DNA from: a virus
Direction: 5' to 3' (one strand)
IMG/VR virus record: IMGVR_UViG_3300029774_000001
Length of the DNA stretch: 64,000 nt
Shown here: positions 45,297-54,004 of the stretch, piece by piece
Layout of the letters: each line of letters opens with the position of its first letter
How positions within the stretch are numbered: position 1 is the stretch's first letter
The notes under the pieces: generated by a model
The model's input: only the letters and a program-made list of their open reading frames with translations
Database searches by the model: none
Told to the model about the DNA's origin: nothing
Translations under genes and position numbers: made by a program

Positions 45297-46433
45297 ATGG
45301 CAAAAAAGATAGAATATACTAAAGAGGACATCTTAAAGGATGCGCCCGATTTCGTGCTTATCGCTTCACCCTACATGCAAGACAAGTATGTAGCTTATGA
45401 GATGGTAAGAAGGGAGCTTGACGAGCACCCCGACCGTTTCATGCAGTACGAAGGAAACGAAGGGTACACCTACGTGATAGACCTTAAGCTTGTCAATATA
45501 AAGGGTATCATGGCGAAACGCGGAGCGTCCCAGGAAGCCATAAACGATGCCACGGAAATCCGTACAAATGTGATGTTACCCCTTCTTGCCAAGTTCCACA
45601 GGGTAAAGAGCGAGTATTTCCATGCCTTTGATTTGCACAATGACAAGGCAAAGGCGCTTGCCAAGCTGACACCTATGCTTCTGGACTTGTTCGGTTCCAT
45701 GCACAACCCCAAAGATATAATCAAGATTATACGTAAAAAGGAGGGTTATTCGCTTGGAGAAGAAGATTTGGTAAAATTCTTCAACAACCACAAATCCTTG
45801 ATAGAGGCAAGGCAAAGCAAGTACGTGATGCGTTCTGACCGCTATAAGGTGGCAACGGAAGCCGGAAGACTGGAAATCATAAATGACTGTATGACAGACT
45901 TGCAGCTTAAATATGAAGAGTTCTGGAGCAAAGGGAATGTGGGAAGTGCACTCAATATCCTAAAGGAAATACGCGCCTTGTTGGAAGCCGCACGGAAGGA
46001 AGTAAAAGGTAATGAAATTAAACTTACAGTTGACGGAAAGATAGACATAAACGCGACACTGCACGGTGAGGAGAACATAAGCCGCGTAATGCGCGACATC
46101 CCCGTAAACAGTCTTATAGTGGGTATGGTGGCTGCAAAATCGGGAATAAAGCCCGAAATACTGATGCACCAGCTCTGCACATCCTATTACAAGGACTTTA
46201 ACGGCTTTGCAAGTAACCCGGTTTTGGGTTCCGAAAAGGTGATGCTGCCAGGAGCACTCATAAAAACCTATGACTGGAAAGAAATAGAAACGGAAAACAA
46301 GAAGTTTGTGGAAGAAATGATACCCGAAGTGGTCGAGGCCGAGATAATAGAAGAACCTTCCAAATCAAAGACAAGAGAACGGCTTCTTAACCGCCTGCGA
46401 CAGATGAAGGGTGTGGAAATTGGAAAGAAATAA
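45297..46433 (+). CDS. Hypothetical protein (378 aa)
   Basis: Long ATG ORF with its own promoter-like element; no motif recognised. Confidence 0.65.
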   Translation: MAKKIEYTKEDILKDAPDFVLIASPYMQDKYVAYEMVRRELDEHPDRFMQYEGNEGYTYVIDLKLVNIKGIMAKRGASQEAINDATEIRTNVMLPLLAKFHRVKSEYFHAFDLHNDKAKALAKLTPMLLDLFGSMHNPKDIIKIIRKKEGYSLGEEDLVKFFNNHKSLIEARQSKYVMRSDRYKVATEAGRLEIINDCMTDLQLKYEEFWSKGNVGSALNILKEIRALLEAARKEVKGNEIKLTVDGKIDINATLHGEENISRVMRDIPVNSLIVGMVAAKSGIKPEILMHQLCTSYYKDFNGFASNPVLGSEKVMLPGALIKTYDWKEIETENKKFVEEMIPEVVEAEIIEEPSKSKTRERLLNRLRQMKGVEIGKK

Positions 46434-46542
46434 TTACATTTTGTTTTGACTTTTAGTTAGATTATGATTTTCAAAATTCATGCGGTGCATGGTCTGCGAC
46501 AGATAGTGTACCTATTTATAAACAATTAAAAAACAAGTAGTT

Positions 46543-46710
46543 ATGGTAAAGATATATGTTGAGGAAGTAATGAAATGCGTAATGGAAAGACTTACAAAAG
46601 AATACGGTCTGACCGAACAACAGGCATTGAAAGAAATTGACATGTGCATGGAAAAACTGTATGTGAAATGGATGCAGAACGAACCGATACCGGAAGAAAA
46701 CAACGATTAA
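46543..46710 (+). CDS. Hypothetical small protein (55 aa)
   Basis: ATG ORF below the track cut-off; replaces implausible minus-strand ORFs. Confidence 0.4.
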   Translation: MVKIYVEEVMKCVMERLTKEYGLTEQQALKEIDMCMEKLYVKWMQNEPIPEENND

Positions 46711-46736
46711 TTAATCCTATAATAATAATAAATAGT

Positions 46737-46934
46737 ATGATAGTAGCAATCGCAACAATGAGAATGGACGAGGACACAACGGTACAGGTACATGTGCCTA
46801 TGGATGTGGAAATAATGCAGGTTCCTCCTACAGACAAGGAAGTAGAGAAAATAAAATCAGTCCTGGAAGAGGAAACCGGGTATAAATTCGTATCTTTGGA
46901 TTCGATAACATGGGATGTGGACTACGAGATTTAA
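46737..46934 (+). CDS. Hypothetical small protein
   Basis: First ATG in the frame. Confidence 0.45.
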   Translation: MIVAIATMRMDEDTTVQVHVPMDVEIMQVPPTDKEVEKIKSVLEEETGYKFVSLDSITWDVDYEI

Positions 46935-46993
46935 AATCAAACGAAAAACTTTATGTTCATTTTTTGAGTATTAGTAGTTAATATCTAATTGAC

Positions 46994-47028
46994 AGCCAGC
47001 AGTTTGTGATAAATAGCTGGCTTTTATT
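46994..47028 (+). terminator. Rho-independent terminator
   Basis: AGCCAGC..GCTGGCT followed by TTTATTAT. Confidence 0.65.
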
Positions 47029-47040
47029 ATATCCTTTTAT

Positions 47041-47148
47041 ATGTTAATTATATGTTAAAAGCACATAAGCACTTGCTTATGTCTAAATAAGGTCTTATAT
47101 TTGCAATGTGATAAGAAAACGAAGTCAAACAAATAAAAACAAAAGATT
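47041..47148 (+). promoter_or_regulatory. Recurrent promoter cassette, copy 6 (perfect palindrome)
   Basis: ATGTTAATTATATGTTAAAA; ACATAAGCA-CT-TGCTTATGT 47063-47082; -7 box TATATTTG 47096-47103; leader AAGTCAAACAAATAAAA. Confidence 0.7.
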
Positions 47149-47409
47149 ATGGCAAGCCCCAAAGTAAGACTGGAAGGAAAGAAAATCGCAGAAAAGGTGA
47201 TGGAGTTTATGGACGAATATTCATTTGACCCTATCTATAAGGAGATAGGGAAGAACGGGGACGACACCTATATCAGCGAGATACTGCGCTGCTTCCCTAC
47301 AAGAAGAATAATAAACGATTTGGACGAACGCGGAGAACTCCATGAAGCATACAAGGAATATGTAGACATGAACGGAGTAACTCTCGTAAAGGACATAGCA
47401 AGAGAATGA
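47149..47409 (+). CDS. Hypothetical protein
   Basis: 86-aa ATG ORF. Confidence 0.55.
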   Translation: MASPKVRLEGKKIAEKVMEFMDEYSFDPIYKEIGKNGDDTYISEILRCFPTRRIINDLDERGELHEAYKEYVDMNGVTLVKDIARE

Positions 47410-47525
47410 CAAACAAGGAAAAGCTCGAACTCGTATCGGAACTTTTCAAGATACCTTACCTGGCAAGTCCGGAAGAATACGGGGAAGCGATAGCGAAGGC
47501 AGCAAGGGAACAATATTACAGATAA
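47406..47525 (+). CDS. Hypothetical micro-protein (39 aa)
   Basis: ATGA overlap; fills the gap. Confidence 0.3.
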   Translation: MTNKEKLELVSELFKIPYLASPEEYGEAIAKAAREQYYR

Positions 47526-47553
47526 TCAATAACCAGCAAAAAAGCAGAACAAA

Positions 47554-47856
47554 ATGAAGACCTATACAGTATATTTCAGTGAACCCGTAACAATAAAGTA
47601 CAAGGGTGACAGATTCAACAAGGAATTGAAAAAGTGGGAACACGATGTGGACTGCGAAGAGACAAGCCCTATGTTCACCTTCCATTCCCTGGCACCTGCA
47701 AAGAAGCTTATCAAGGAGAATATGGACAAGTACATAGATTCCATCATAACGAAAACATGGGCAAACGGTGACTGGGAGAACCTGGGTCCGATAAAGCTTG
47801 CCGGAAACAACAAGACTTTCGTCGCCAATACCCGTCAAAAGGTCGCAAATTATTAA
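47554..47856 (+). CDS. Hypothetical protein
   Basis: 100-aa ATG ORF. Confidence 0.55.
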   Translation: MKTYTVYFSEPVTIKYKGDRFNKELKKWEHDVDCEETSPMFTFHSLAPAKKLIKENMDKYIDSIITKTWANGDWENLGPIKLAGNNKTFVANTRQKVANY

Positions 47857-47947
47857 GAGCACGGAAAGAAGGGGTGAAAATCAAAGTAACCCCTATCTTT
47901 TTGATTTCCAATACAGATATTTTACAAAACTTAAAAATAAAAAGATT

Positions 47948-48871
47948 ATGGATAGAGAAGAATTCCAGAAAAAGTACGATAACAGTATTCTGGTGTGCTG
48001 TACAGAAAACAGTATCAAGAAAGTATTCAATATTTGCGATTTAATGGACTTAACAGTCTCTAAATCAAAACAGATTACTGCTGTATTGATAGGAGAACAA
48101 ACAGCAAAAAGTCCATTGTTCCACGTGGAACAATTCCTCAGTGATTTCTACAGGGGGATAGAAGAAGGAGAAAGGAAAGAGACAAAGATGTTTGAACAGA
48201 GGATGAACAATGCCATATACAAGCTAAAGCAGAAGTACGGAGACACGTATATAATCAAGGGAACCGATATGGCCACATTGATGTGCACAACGGAACTCGG
48301 CATGAATGCAGTCTATAAAGAGGGGGAAGATGTGATACTCATAGAAGAAAAGGGCAGCATACCATGTGTAAGACATTCTGTAAGACAGTTTATTACTGAC
48401 GTGATGTCCGGCATGATTGACGTACTGGACCCATTCATAAACAAGGAGACAACGATTGAAATAAAGGAAGAAGAAGACACGAAAAACATGATTAGTGAAA
48501 CAATCTTCCATCTCACCCATACCCTAACAAAGCTCCTGCTTAAGGTATACGACACGGAAAGAATGGTCTATTCAATTGGATTCGGAAACAAGGAAAGGGT
48601 AATGATAGACAAGGACGATTTCTATGTGTTCCGGAAAGCGGTGCGCCTCCTATATATATGCAACAAGTGGGTAACGAAGGACAACGAGAAGCAATCCAAG
48701 GAACCGGATTTCAAGAAAGGAAACAAAATAATGTACACCATCAAGGACAGCAACGGCAACACATACCCGGTAAGCAGACTGTCGGAAAGAGTGTATGAAT
48801 CAAAGGAGCACAAGACCCTATTCATAATGGACGAAGAAGGGATAGTAACCGGGATATACAAGGAGAAATAA
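47948..48871 (+). CDS. Hypothetical protein (307 aa)
   Basis: First ATG, preceded by AAAAGATT as at many other starts in this window. Confidence 0.6.
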   Translation: MDREEFQKKYDNSILVCCTENSIKKVFNICDLMDLTVSKSKQITAVLIGEQTAKSPLFHVEQFLSDFYRGIEEGERKETKMFEQRMNNAIYKLKQKYGDTYIIKGTDMATLMCTTELGMNAVYKEGEDVILIEEKGSIPCVRHSVRQFITDVMSGMIDVLDPFINKETTIEIKEEEDTKNMISETIFHLTHTLTKLLLKVYDTERMVYSIGFGNKERVMIDKDDFYVFRKAVRLLYICNKWVTKDNEKQSKEPDFKKGNKIMYTIKDSNGNTYPVSRLSERVYESKEHKTLFIMDEEGIVTGIYKEK

Positions 48872-49191
48872 AAAGAGAAAACACCCTCCACGACACCCTA
48901 CAGACCATATTTTATTATTAACCCGTTATACATTTGTTACAATGGTAATAGGGTGTCAAAAGAGGGTATAAAACAATGATAAGAAGAACCGGAAAGGGAC
49001 AGACCCTTTGGCATAAAGGAAAAGGGTTGTTATGTCCGACCCCTACAACATGATTATAAACCGTCAACCTATAATTGTTAATTTGCAAAAGAAAGGGAAA
49101 GGACATATGGAAAGCCGATATGGCGTAGGGAACAGTCCTGGAACGGTTCTTGTATCATTGTAAAACGTGGAACAATCATAAAAATAACATC

Positions 49192-49596
49192 ATGAAAAGA
49201 GAAAAGGAATTCAAGGAGTATCTGAAAGACAAGCGCATAGACCTAACGTCTTGCATAAGGACATATGAGGACTACAATCTGAGAATAACAGAAGTATTGG
49301 ATGCACTGGAAGAACTGGGAATGTCGTACCAAGCAGCATCAAACGTGGTAGACGGAAATATAGAAGTCCTTGTTATTCAGATATCGAACTGGGGAAAGGA
49401 CACGGAAACGATAGACTATGATACATTCGTAGAGAAGTACAGGGAATATGACAAGGAATATGAACCGGAACACTATATAAAGAGCGAAAACGGCAATATG
49501 GTACGTGTAGAACTGGTATGTGTCAGTGCAGGAAAGGACATTGTGATAACATGGAAGGATGCGGAGACCGGGAAGACATACAAGACAACGGAATAA
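49192..49596 (+). CDS. Hypothetical protein
   Basis: First ATG (MKREKEF..). Confidence 0.55.
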   Translation: MKREKEFKEYLKDKRIDLTSCIRTYEDYNLRITEVLDALEELGMSYQAASNVVDGNIEVLVIQISNWGKDTETIDYDTFVEKYREYDKEYEPEHYIKSENGNMVRVELVCVSAGKDIVITWKDAETGKTYKTTE

Positions 49597-49623
49597 CTCT
49601 AATATATTAAAAGACAAAAGATT

Positions 49624-50109
49624 ATGGAAAAGGATTTGAGAAACAACGTCAAGTTTATTTTGTTCTGTACGGAGTGTTTGCAGGCAGGCGTGGTAATGAC
49701 ACCTAAAGAATATGAAGTGGCATTCATGGCGGCAGAAAAGTTTGAAGGATTCGACAACAAGGCATTCGAGAACATGAAGCCGGAACAGTTTGCACCCCGT
49801 ATGAATGCTATGTTGCAAGCTATGTCAAAGCGGAAACAAATCATTGAAGGATTGACATTTAATCTACTGACAAAACGTAATCTCGACGAGCTGGCAAACA
49901 ATGAAAACCTTGTGGAGGAAGTGATGAAAGCAAAACACGTAGCGGCAGCAATGGCAGACGAGATGCTGGAACCGGACGAGAAACTGGAAAAGGTTGTGGA
50001 GGACGGACGACGTGTAATCGAGCATTTCATTGACCAATGGAAGAGCACCCCTAAAGAAGAAGAGAAGAAGGAATACGAGCCGGAAAGTGACGCGGAAATC
50101 GTGGAATAA
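49624..50109 (+). CDS. Hypothetical protein
   Basis: 161-aa ATG ORF. The large minus-strand ORF 49599-50165 is a low-complexity shadow. Confidence 0.6.
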   Translation: MEKDLRNNVKFILFCTECLQAGVVMTPKEYEVAFMAAEKFEGFDNKAFENMKPEQFAPRMNAMLQAMSKRKQIIEGLTFNLLTKRNLDELANNENLVEEVMKAKHVAAAMADEMLEPDEKLEKVVEDGRRVIEHFIDQWKSTPKEEEKKEYEPESDAEIVE

Positions 50110-50136
50110 TCTTTCCGTATACTTATTATTTTCACA

Positions 50137-50160
50137 AAAGCCCCGAAATGGGGCTTTATT
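50137..50160 (+). terminator. Rho-independent terminator
   Basis: AAAGCCCC-gaaat-GGGGCTTT followed by ATT. Confidence 0.6.
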
Positions 50161-50171
50161 ATCAATCAGTT

Positions 50172-50405
50172 ATGGACAAGTCGAAATTAAAAGAAGCAAA
50201 TAGGTTGCACAATAAAATCGAATATTTGAAAGACCAATTAGAACGAATTTCCAGGTTTGAGATGGAGGGAAAGATACAAATAACGAACTCCTACGATTCC
50301 TATTTCTACATTGACGAGGATATAGTGAAAACCTATTTCCCGATGATAAAAGAAAGCATGAAGAAGAAATTGGAGGAGTACGAGCGATTATTTTCAGAAC
50401 TTTAG
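50172..50405 (+). CDS. Hypothetical coiled-coil protein
   Basis: ATG after the hairpin; the track start 50148 lies inside the terminator stem. Confidence 0.5.
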   Translation: MDKSKLKEANRLHNKIEYLKDQLERISRFEMEGKIQITNSYDSYFYIDEDIVKTYFPMIKESMKKKLEEYERLFSEL

Positions 50406-50426
50406 CTCGTTTTGAGATAAAAACAC

Positions 50427-50565
50427 TATCTTTGTTGACGTGATAGATAACTGGTAGGGTTGTATCACGTTGTATTTAAAGGTTAACAAAGGCGGTAGGG
50501 GTTGCAAGTCTGTTATGGCTGGGGGTGAAAGCCTGGTTCAGATAGCTGCAACCCCTATTTTTATT
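50427..50565 (+). ncRNA. Candidate structured leader / attenuator or small RNA upstream of the M15 peptidase gene
   Basis: -7 box TATCTTTG (50427-50434). Hairpin 1 is ACGTGATA..TATCACGT (50438-50470). The long hairpin AGGGGTTGCA..TGCAACCCCT (50497-50556) has an inner GGCT..AGCC helix and is followed by ATTTTTATT. Confidence 0.45.
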
Positions 50566-50581
50566 CAAATTTTGTATCATT

Positions 50582-51049
50582 ATGGAAAGAAAAGAGATTA
50601 TTGGAAGACTGGGAAAGTATTTCACGCTTCCCGAACTTGTATGCCCCCACGTATACGGCAAGTATTCAGAATCGCAGATATGGAGCTTTTTCACGACCGA
50701 GGCACTGAAAACGCTTCTTGTATTGAGAGAAGAAATCCTATGCAAACCCTTCATTATCAACAACTGGAAGAACGGAGGCAGCTATTCCCAGCGTGGTTTG
50801 CGGTGTAATGTATGCGTTCTGTGTAAGGAAAAGACAATGCTTGAAAAGCCGTATATGAGCGCGCACACATTAGGTCGCGCATTTGACGTTACTGTGTCCG
50901 GTATGGAAGCGGAAGCGGCACGGAAAATCATTGTGGACGATTCCGACAAGCTTCCTTATCCTATCAGACTGGAAGATGGTGTTAATTGGCTGCATGTAGA
51001 CACTATGGACCTATGCAACGGCAAGAAAGTGACGCTATTTAATGCGTAA
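50582..51049 (+). CDS. Peptidase M15 (VanY / L-Ala-D-Glu peptidase-like), probable endolysin
   Basis: S-A-H-T-L-G-R-A-F-D (H-x6-D) and W-L-H-V-D zinc ligand motifs. Confidence 0.75.
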   Translation: MERKEIIGRLGKYFTLPELVCPHVYGKYSESQIWSFFTTEALKTLLVLREEILCKPFIINNWKNGGSYSQRGLRCNVCVLCKEKTMLEKPYMSAHTLGRAFDVTVSGMEAEAARKIIVDDSDKLPYPIRLEDGVNWLHVDTMDLCNGKKVTLFNA

Positions 51050-51469
51050 ATATATTTTACTATATTCAGAAAGTATTCTCCCTTATAGGGCAATCGATAC
51101 TACAGTATGCTGTAGCCGCGATTTTGCAAATTTCGTATTTTTATCATTTGTAAATTTAAATTGAAATAATTATGTATCCTACTAAAATAAATATAGCAAA
51201 CAGCAGTAGAAGAATTCGTTTGTCCCTATCCTTTGATGGATGAAGACGAAATCAACGGTTCCGGTGACTGGAAAAGTGAAGAAGGGGTAATTTGATTGTT
51301 TTCGGGATGCCGGGAATTTCGGGTGTTTTGTCCGGTTCCCGGTTTTTCATTTTCCTTATTTTATTGTACACCGAAAAACAACACAATTTTCAGAGTTAGT
51401 GTTAACTGTCTGATAATCACATACCATTTTCTTCTATTTCTAAAAAATATAATGTCACTGAAAGAAAGG

Positions 51470-51581
51470 TTATGTTAATCTTATGTTAAAACGACATAAG
51501 CACTTGCGTATGTCTGATTAAGTACCTATATTTGCAATGTGATAAGGAAACAAGGTCAAACAAATTAAAAGAAATAAGGTT
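51470..51581 (+). promoter_or_regulatory. Recurrent promoter cassette, copy 7
   Basis: TATGTTAATCTTATGTTAAAA; palindrome 51493-51514; -7 box TATATTTG 51527-51534; leader GGTCAAACAAATTAAAA. Confidence 0.7.
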
Positions 51582-51806
51582 ATGAAAGCAGAATTTTACA
51601 AGGTGAGAGGTACGGAAATGGAAGAGATGATGAAGAGAGGTAATAACAACGAAATCTCCTCTATGATTTCCAAGAAACAACAAGCACTTGCCGAGGCACT
51701 TGAAAATGTGGAGTTCTATAAGTCTATCGGGAATATGGAGTTTGCATCCAACGAGCAAAGCCGCGCTAATCTCCTTCAAAGACAACTCGAAATGTTGAAC
51801 AAATAA
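51582..51806 (+). CDS. Hypothetical protein
   Basis: 74-aa ATG ORF after the cassette. Confidence 0.55.
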   Translation: MKAEFYKVRGTEMEEMMKRGNNNEISSMISKKQQALAEALENVEFYKSIGNMEFASNEQSRANLLQRQLEMLNK

Positions 51807-51819
51807 AAATTAAAGAAAT

Positions 51820-51996
51820 ATGAAACTTTTGGAAATACACAAAAACGGAATTAACGCCAATAACAAAACAGTAAGTTACTACGGTTTGGATTATGAGAAA
51901 AAGAAAGTGCTGTTTGAAGTAAAGACACTGGAAGAAGCCATTGAGAAGGGGTCTTGTCTTGGCTATAAAAACGGTGAAATAGTAATAATGTTCTAA
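51820..51996 (+). CDS. Hypothetical small protein (58 aa)
   Basis: ATG ORF below the track cut-off, followed by a hairpin terminator. Confidence 0.45.
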   Translation: MKLLEIHKNGINANNKTVSYYGLDYEKKKVLFEVKTLEEAIEKGSCLGYKNGEIVIMF

Positions 51997-52005
51997 ATTT
52001 AATCC

Positions 52006-52023
52006 GGTAGCCTTCGGGCTACC
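52006..52023 (+). terminator. Tetraloop hairpin
   Basis: GGTAGCC-TTCG-GGCTACC. Confidence 0.55.
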
Positions 52024-52038
52024 ACAATATACACAGTT

Positions 52039-52284
52039 ATGAAAGCAATTGTAGAAAACCCGTTGAATGCCTATCATTCACCAACAGCAATCTCTATTTA
52101 TGTCAATATACTTAACGAAATTACCGAATGTAATGACGAAAAAGAATTAAGAAAGGCAATGAAATTCATTTCTGCGAATTACCCGATTACATTCAATTCT
52201 CTTTTTGATTACGGTTTCGGTTCCAACCATATGTGGGTCAGTGAGAAGGAAAGCGGTAAACGTCTTATTCTTGTTGAATTCTAA
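52039..52284 (+). CDS. Hypothetical protein
   Basis: 81-aa ATG ORF. Confidence 0.55.
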   Translation: MKAIVENPLNAYHSPTAISIYVNILNEITECNDEKELRKAMKFISANYPITFNSLFDYGFGSNHMWVSEKESGKRLILVEF

Positions 52285-52296
52285 AAATTTTACATT

Positions 52297-52479
52297 ATGA
52301 AAAAACAGCTTATAAATTTCTTCAACGGCCGTTTCGGCAAGAAAATATTGAAAGCCAAATATCGTGAATGGTGGGTACGTTTCTGGTACGGAGTAGGAGC
52401 AATCGTTTGCACTTTCCTATTCTTTGGAATGATACAGTTTATGTCCTGGATTTCTGATTTGATTAATTATGTTTTCTAA
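52297..52479 (+). CDS. Small membrane protein
   Basis: TM helix GVGAIVCTFLFFGMIQF. Confidence 0.5.
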   Translation: MKKQLINFFNGRFGKKILKAKYREWWVRFWYGVGAIVCTFLFFGMIQFMSWISDLINYVF

Positions 52480-52498
52480 TAAAAAATATTTTACAATT

Positions 52499-53173
52499 AT
52501 GAAAAAGGTATTATGTGACAAAGACGGGAAATTTATTTCCATACATGATAGTGATTACTATTTAATGGAGCTTAACGACGGCGATTGTCTGACGCATGAA
52601 GACGGTACGATAGTGATATACAAGGAAAGTGAAGAAGACCCGTTGCTGGAAAACATGTACTTCCATGCCTATTATAAAAACGGCAGACTTCATCTTTCAA
52701 AAAGAGCTTCTTCCTTTTATGATTATGTCAGTTGTGGATACAGATTCTCTACAGAAGAAGAAAAGAAGCGTATAAACAACGCTCTTTCTGAAAATGAGTT
52801 ATACTATGACGAGAAAGAGAAATGCCTTAAAAAGCTTCGTTGGCGTGCTGTAATAGGTAATCATTATTACAGTATCAATTTTGATTCTTTTACAATCTTC
52901 CAAGCTACGGAAACGGACGAATCGATAGACAATTCGCGATACAAGAACCTTACTATTTCCAGACAAAGGAAGAAGCGGAAAAGAAACTGTTTGAGATTAA
53001 AGCGGCTCTCAATGATTAAGAAGGAGTGTTACGTGTGGGTCGGACATATTGTCGAATACCAGGGAATGACGTTACGAAAAGTCCGACCGGGCAAATACGT
53101 AATCATTTCTCCGTGTTCCCTGGTTTCTCGACCCGTCTATATTGACAGGAACGAAAATTTGCACGTTCTTTAG
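52499..53173 (+). CDS. Hypothetical protein; possibly two genes or frame-disrupted near 52.9-53.0 kb
   Basis: First ATG (MKKVLC..). The R/K-rich stretch RQRKKRKRN coincides with a more natural alternative frame (..YYFQTKEEAEKKLFEIKAALND*) that ends at an ATGATTAA overlap. Confidence 0.45.
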   Translation: MKKVLCDKDGKFISIHDSDYYLMELNDGDCLTHEDGTIVIYKESEEDPLLENMYFHAYYKNGRLHLSKRASSFYDYVSCGYRFSTEEEKKRINNALSENELYYDEKEKCLKKLRWRAVIGNHYYSINFDSFTIFQATETDESIDNSRYKNLTISRQRKKRKRNCLRLKRLSMIKKECYVWVGHIVEYQGMTLRKVRPGKYVIISPCSLVSRPVYIDRNENLHVL

Positions 53174-53210
53174 TATCAATTATTTGTTTTATTTTTATAT
53201 ATTTGCAGCT

Positions 53211-53513
53211 ATGGTAACAGCGATTTTTGTGTGTTTGATTGTTCTTACGGTAGTCCTTATCACTCTCCTTTTGTGGTGCATAGGGGCGGTTACGGGAATT
53301 CAGAAAAGAATGAATGTTCTTCTTTATACGGTCTCCTATATAGACCTTATCCAAAGAAAGCGGTTCATCCGGTATCTGGACCAGCTTTCCAGGAAGATGA
53401 GCTGTAATGAGGACGAGATGGAGGACAATCAGAAACAATTCCTATTCCATTTAAGCCAGGAATTGACGAGCGAAATAAAAAGGATGGAAGACGATTATAA
53501 AGACTTGATATGA
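53211..53513 (+). CDS. Membrane-anchored hypothetical protein
   Basis: ATG at 53211 with an N-terminal TM helix; TATATTTG box at 53198-53205. Confidence 0.5.
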   Translation: MVTAIFVCLIVLTVVLITLLLWCIGAVTGIQKRMNVLLYTVSYIDLIQRKRFIRYLDQLSRKMSCNEDEMEDNQKQFLFHLSQELTSEIKRMEDDYKDLI

Positions 53514-53911
53514 GCAAAAAGAATGAATTCACATACGACGGGGGAAGCATGTACATAGATTGGCTTTGTTATTCCAACAAGCTTATTTTGCTTCGTGACA
53601 GCCACATTATAAGCGGTGAGGACAGAACGTCTGTTGCCCGTGCCCTAAAATGCAAGACTGGTGATATCCTTTGTCTTGTGCTGGGACAGAACATCAGCTA
53701 TTTCGGATATAGCAAGCTGATTGAGGATATGGGGGGACGGACAACGGAAAGTATCGTAAAGTCCGAGAACCCGGTATTTTCTTCCGTCTACTGGACTGGC
53801 GACAAGAAAGCGGCTATCACATCACACACTATTTTCATTCCCTGGAAAGAACTTAAGGAGATTATCAAGGAATGGGACTATCCGACATACTTTCATCCCG
53901 ACATAGTTTAG
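53510..53911 (+). CDS. Hypothetical protein
   Basis: 133-aa ORF with ATGA overlap. Confidence 0.55.
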   Translation: MSKKNEFTYDGGSMYIDWLCYSNKLILLRDSHIISGEDRTSVARALKCKTGDILCLVLGQNISYFGYSKLIEDMGGRTTESIVKSENPVFSSVYWTGDKKAAITSHTIFIPWKELKEIIKEWDYPTYFHPDIV

Positions 53912-54004
53912 AACCTTCTTTCTCTAAATTTTATATATATTTGTTTGACTGACACCCGGTTACGCTCTTCGTGAAAGAATGTTTCTGGGTGTTTTCTTTG
54001 TGGT

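Noticed and set aside
50497-50556. tRNA-like element (7-bp GGGGTTG/CAACCCC acceptor-like stem, GGTTCAGAT resembling a T-loop)
   Set aside because: It is only ~60 nt, has no D-arm or anticodon arm, and folds better as a single long hairpin followed by a T-run (terminator or sRNA 3' end).
50470-50808. 112-aa + strand ORF overlapping the leader and the peptidase gene
   Set aside because: Non-ATG start. It runs through the structured leader and out of frame across the well-supported M15 peptidase ORF, with odd composition.
51296-51478. 60-aa + ORF in the spacer after the peptidase gene
   Set aside because: Non-ATG (TTG) start, hydrophobic low-complexity, and it spans a terminator-like hairpin.
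53198-53211. Leaderless mRNA for gene 53211 (TATATTTG box ends 5 nt before the ATG)
   Set aside because: The geometry is suggestive, but a single AT-rich match is weak evidence. Internal translation from the upstream operon is equally likely.
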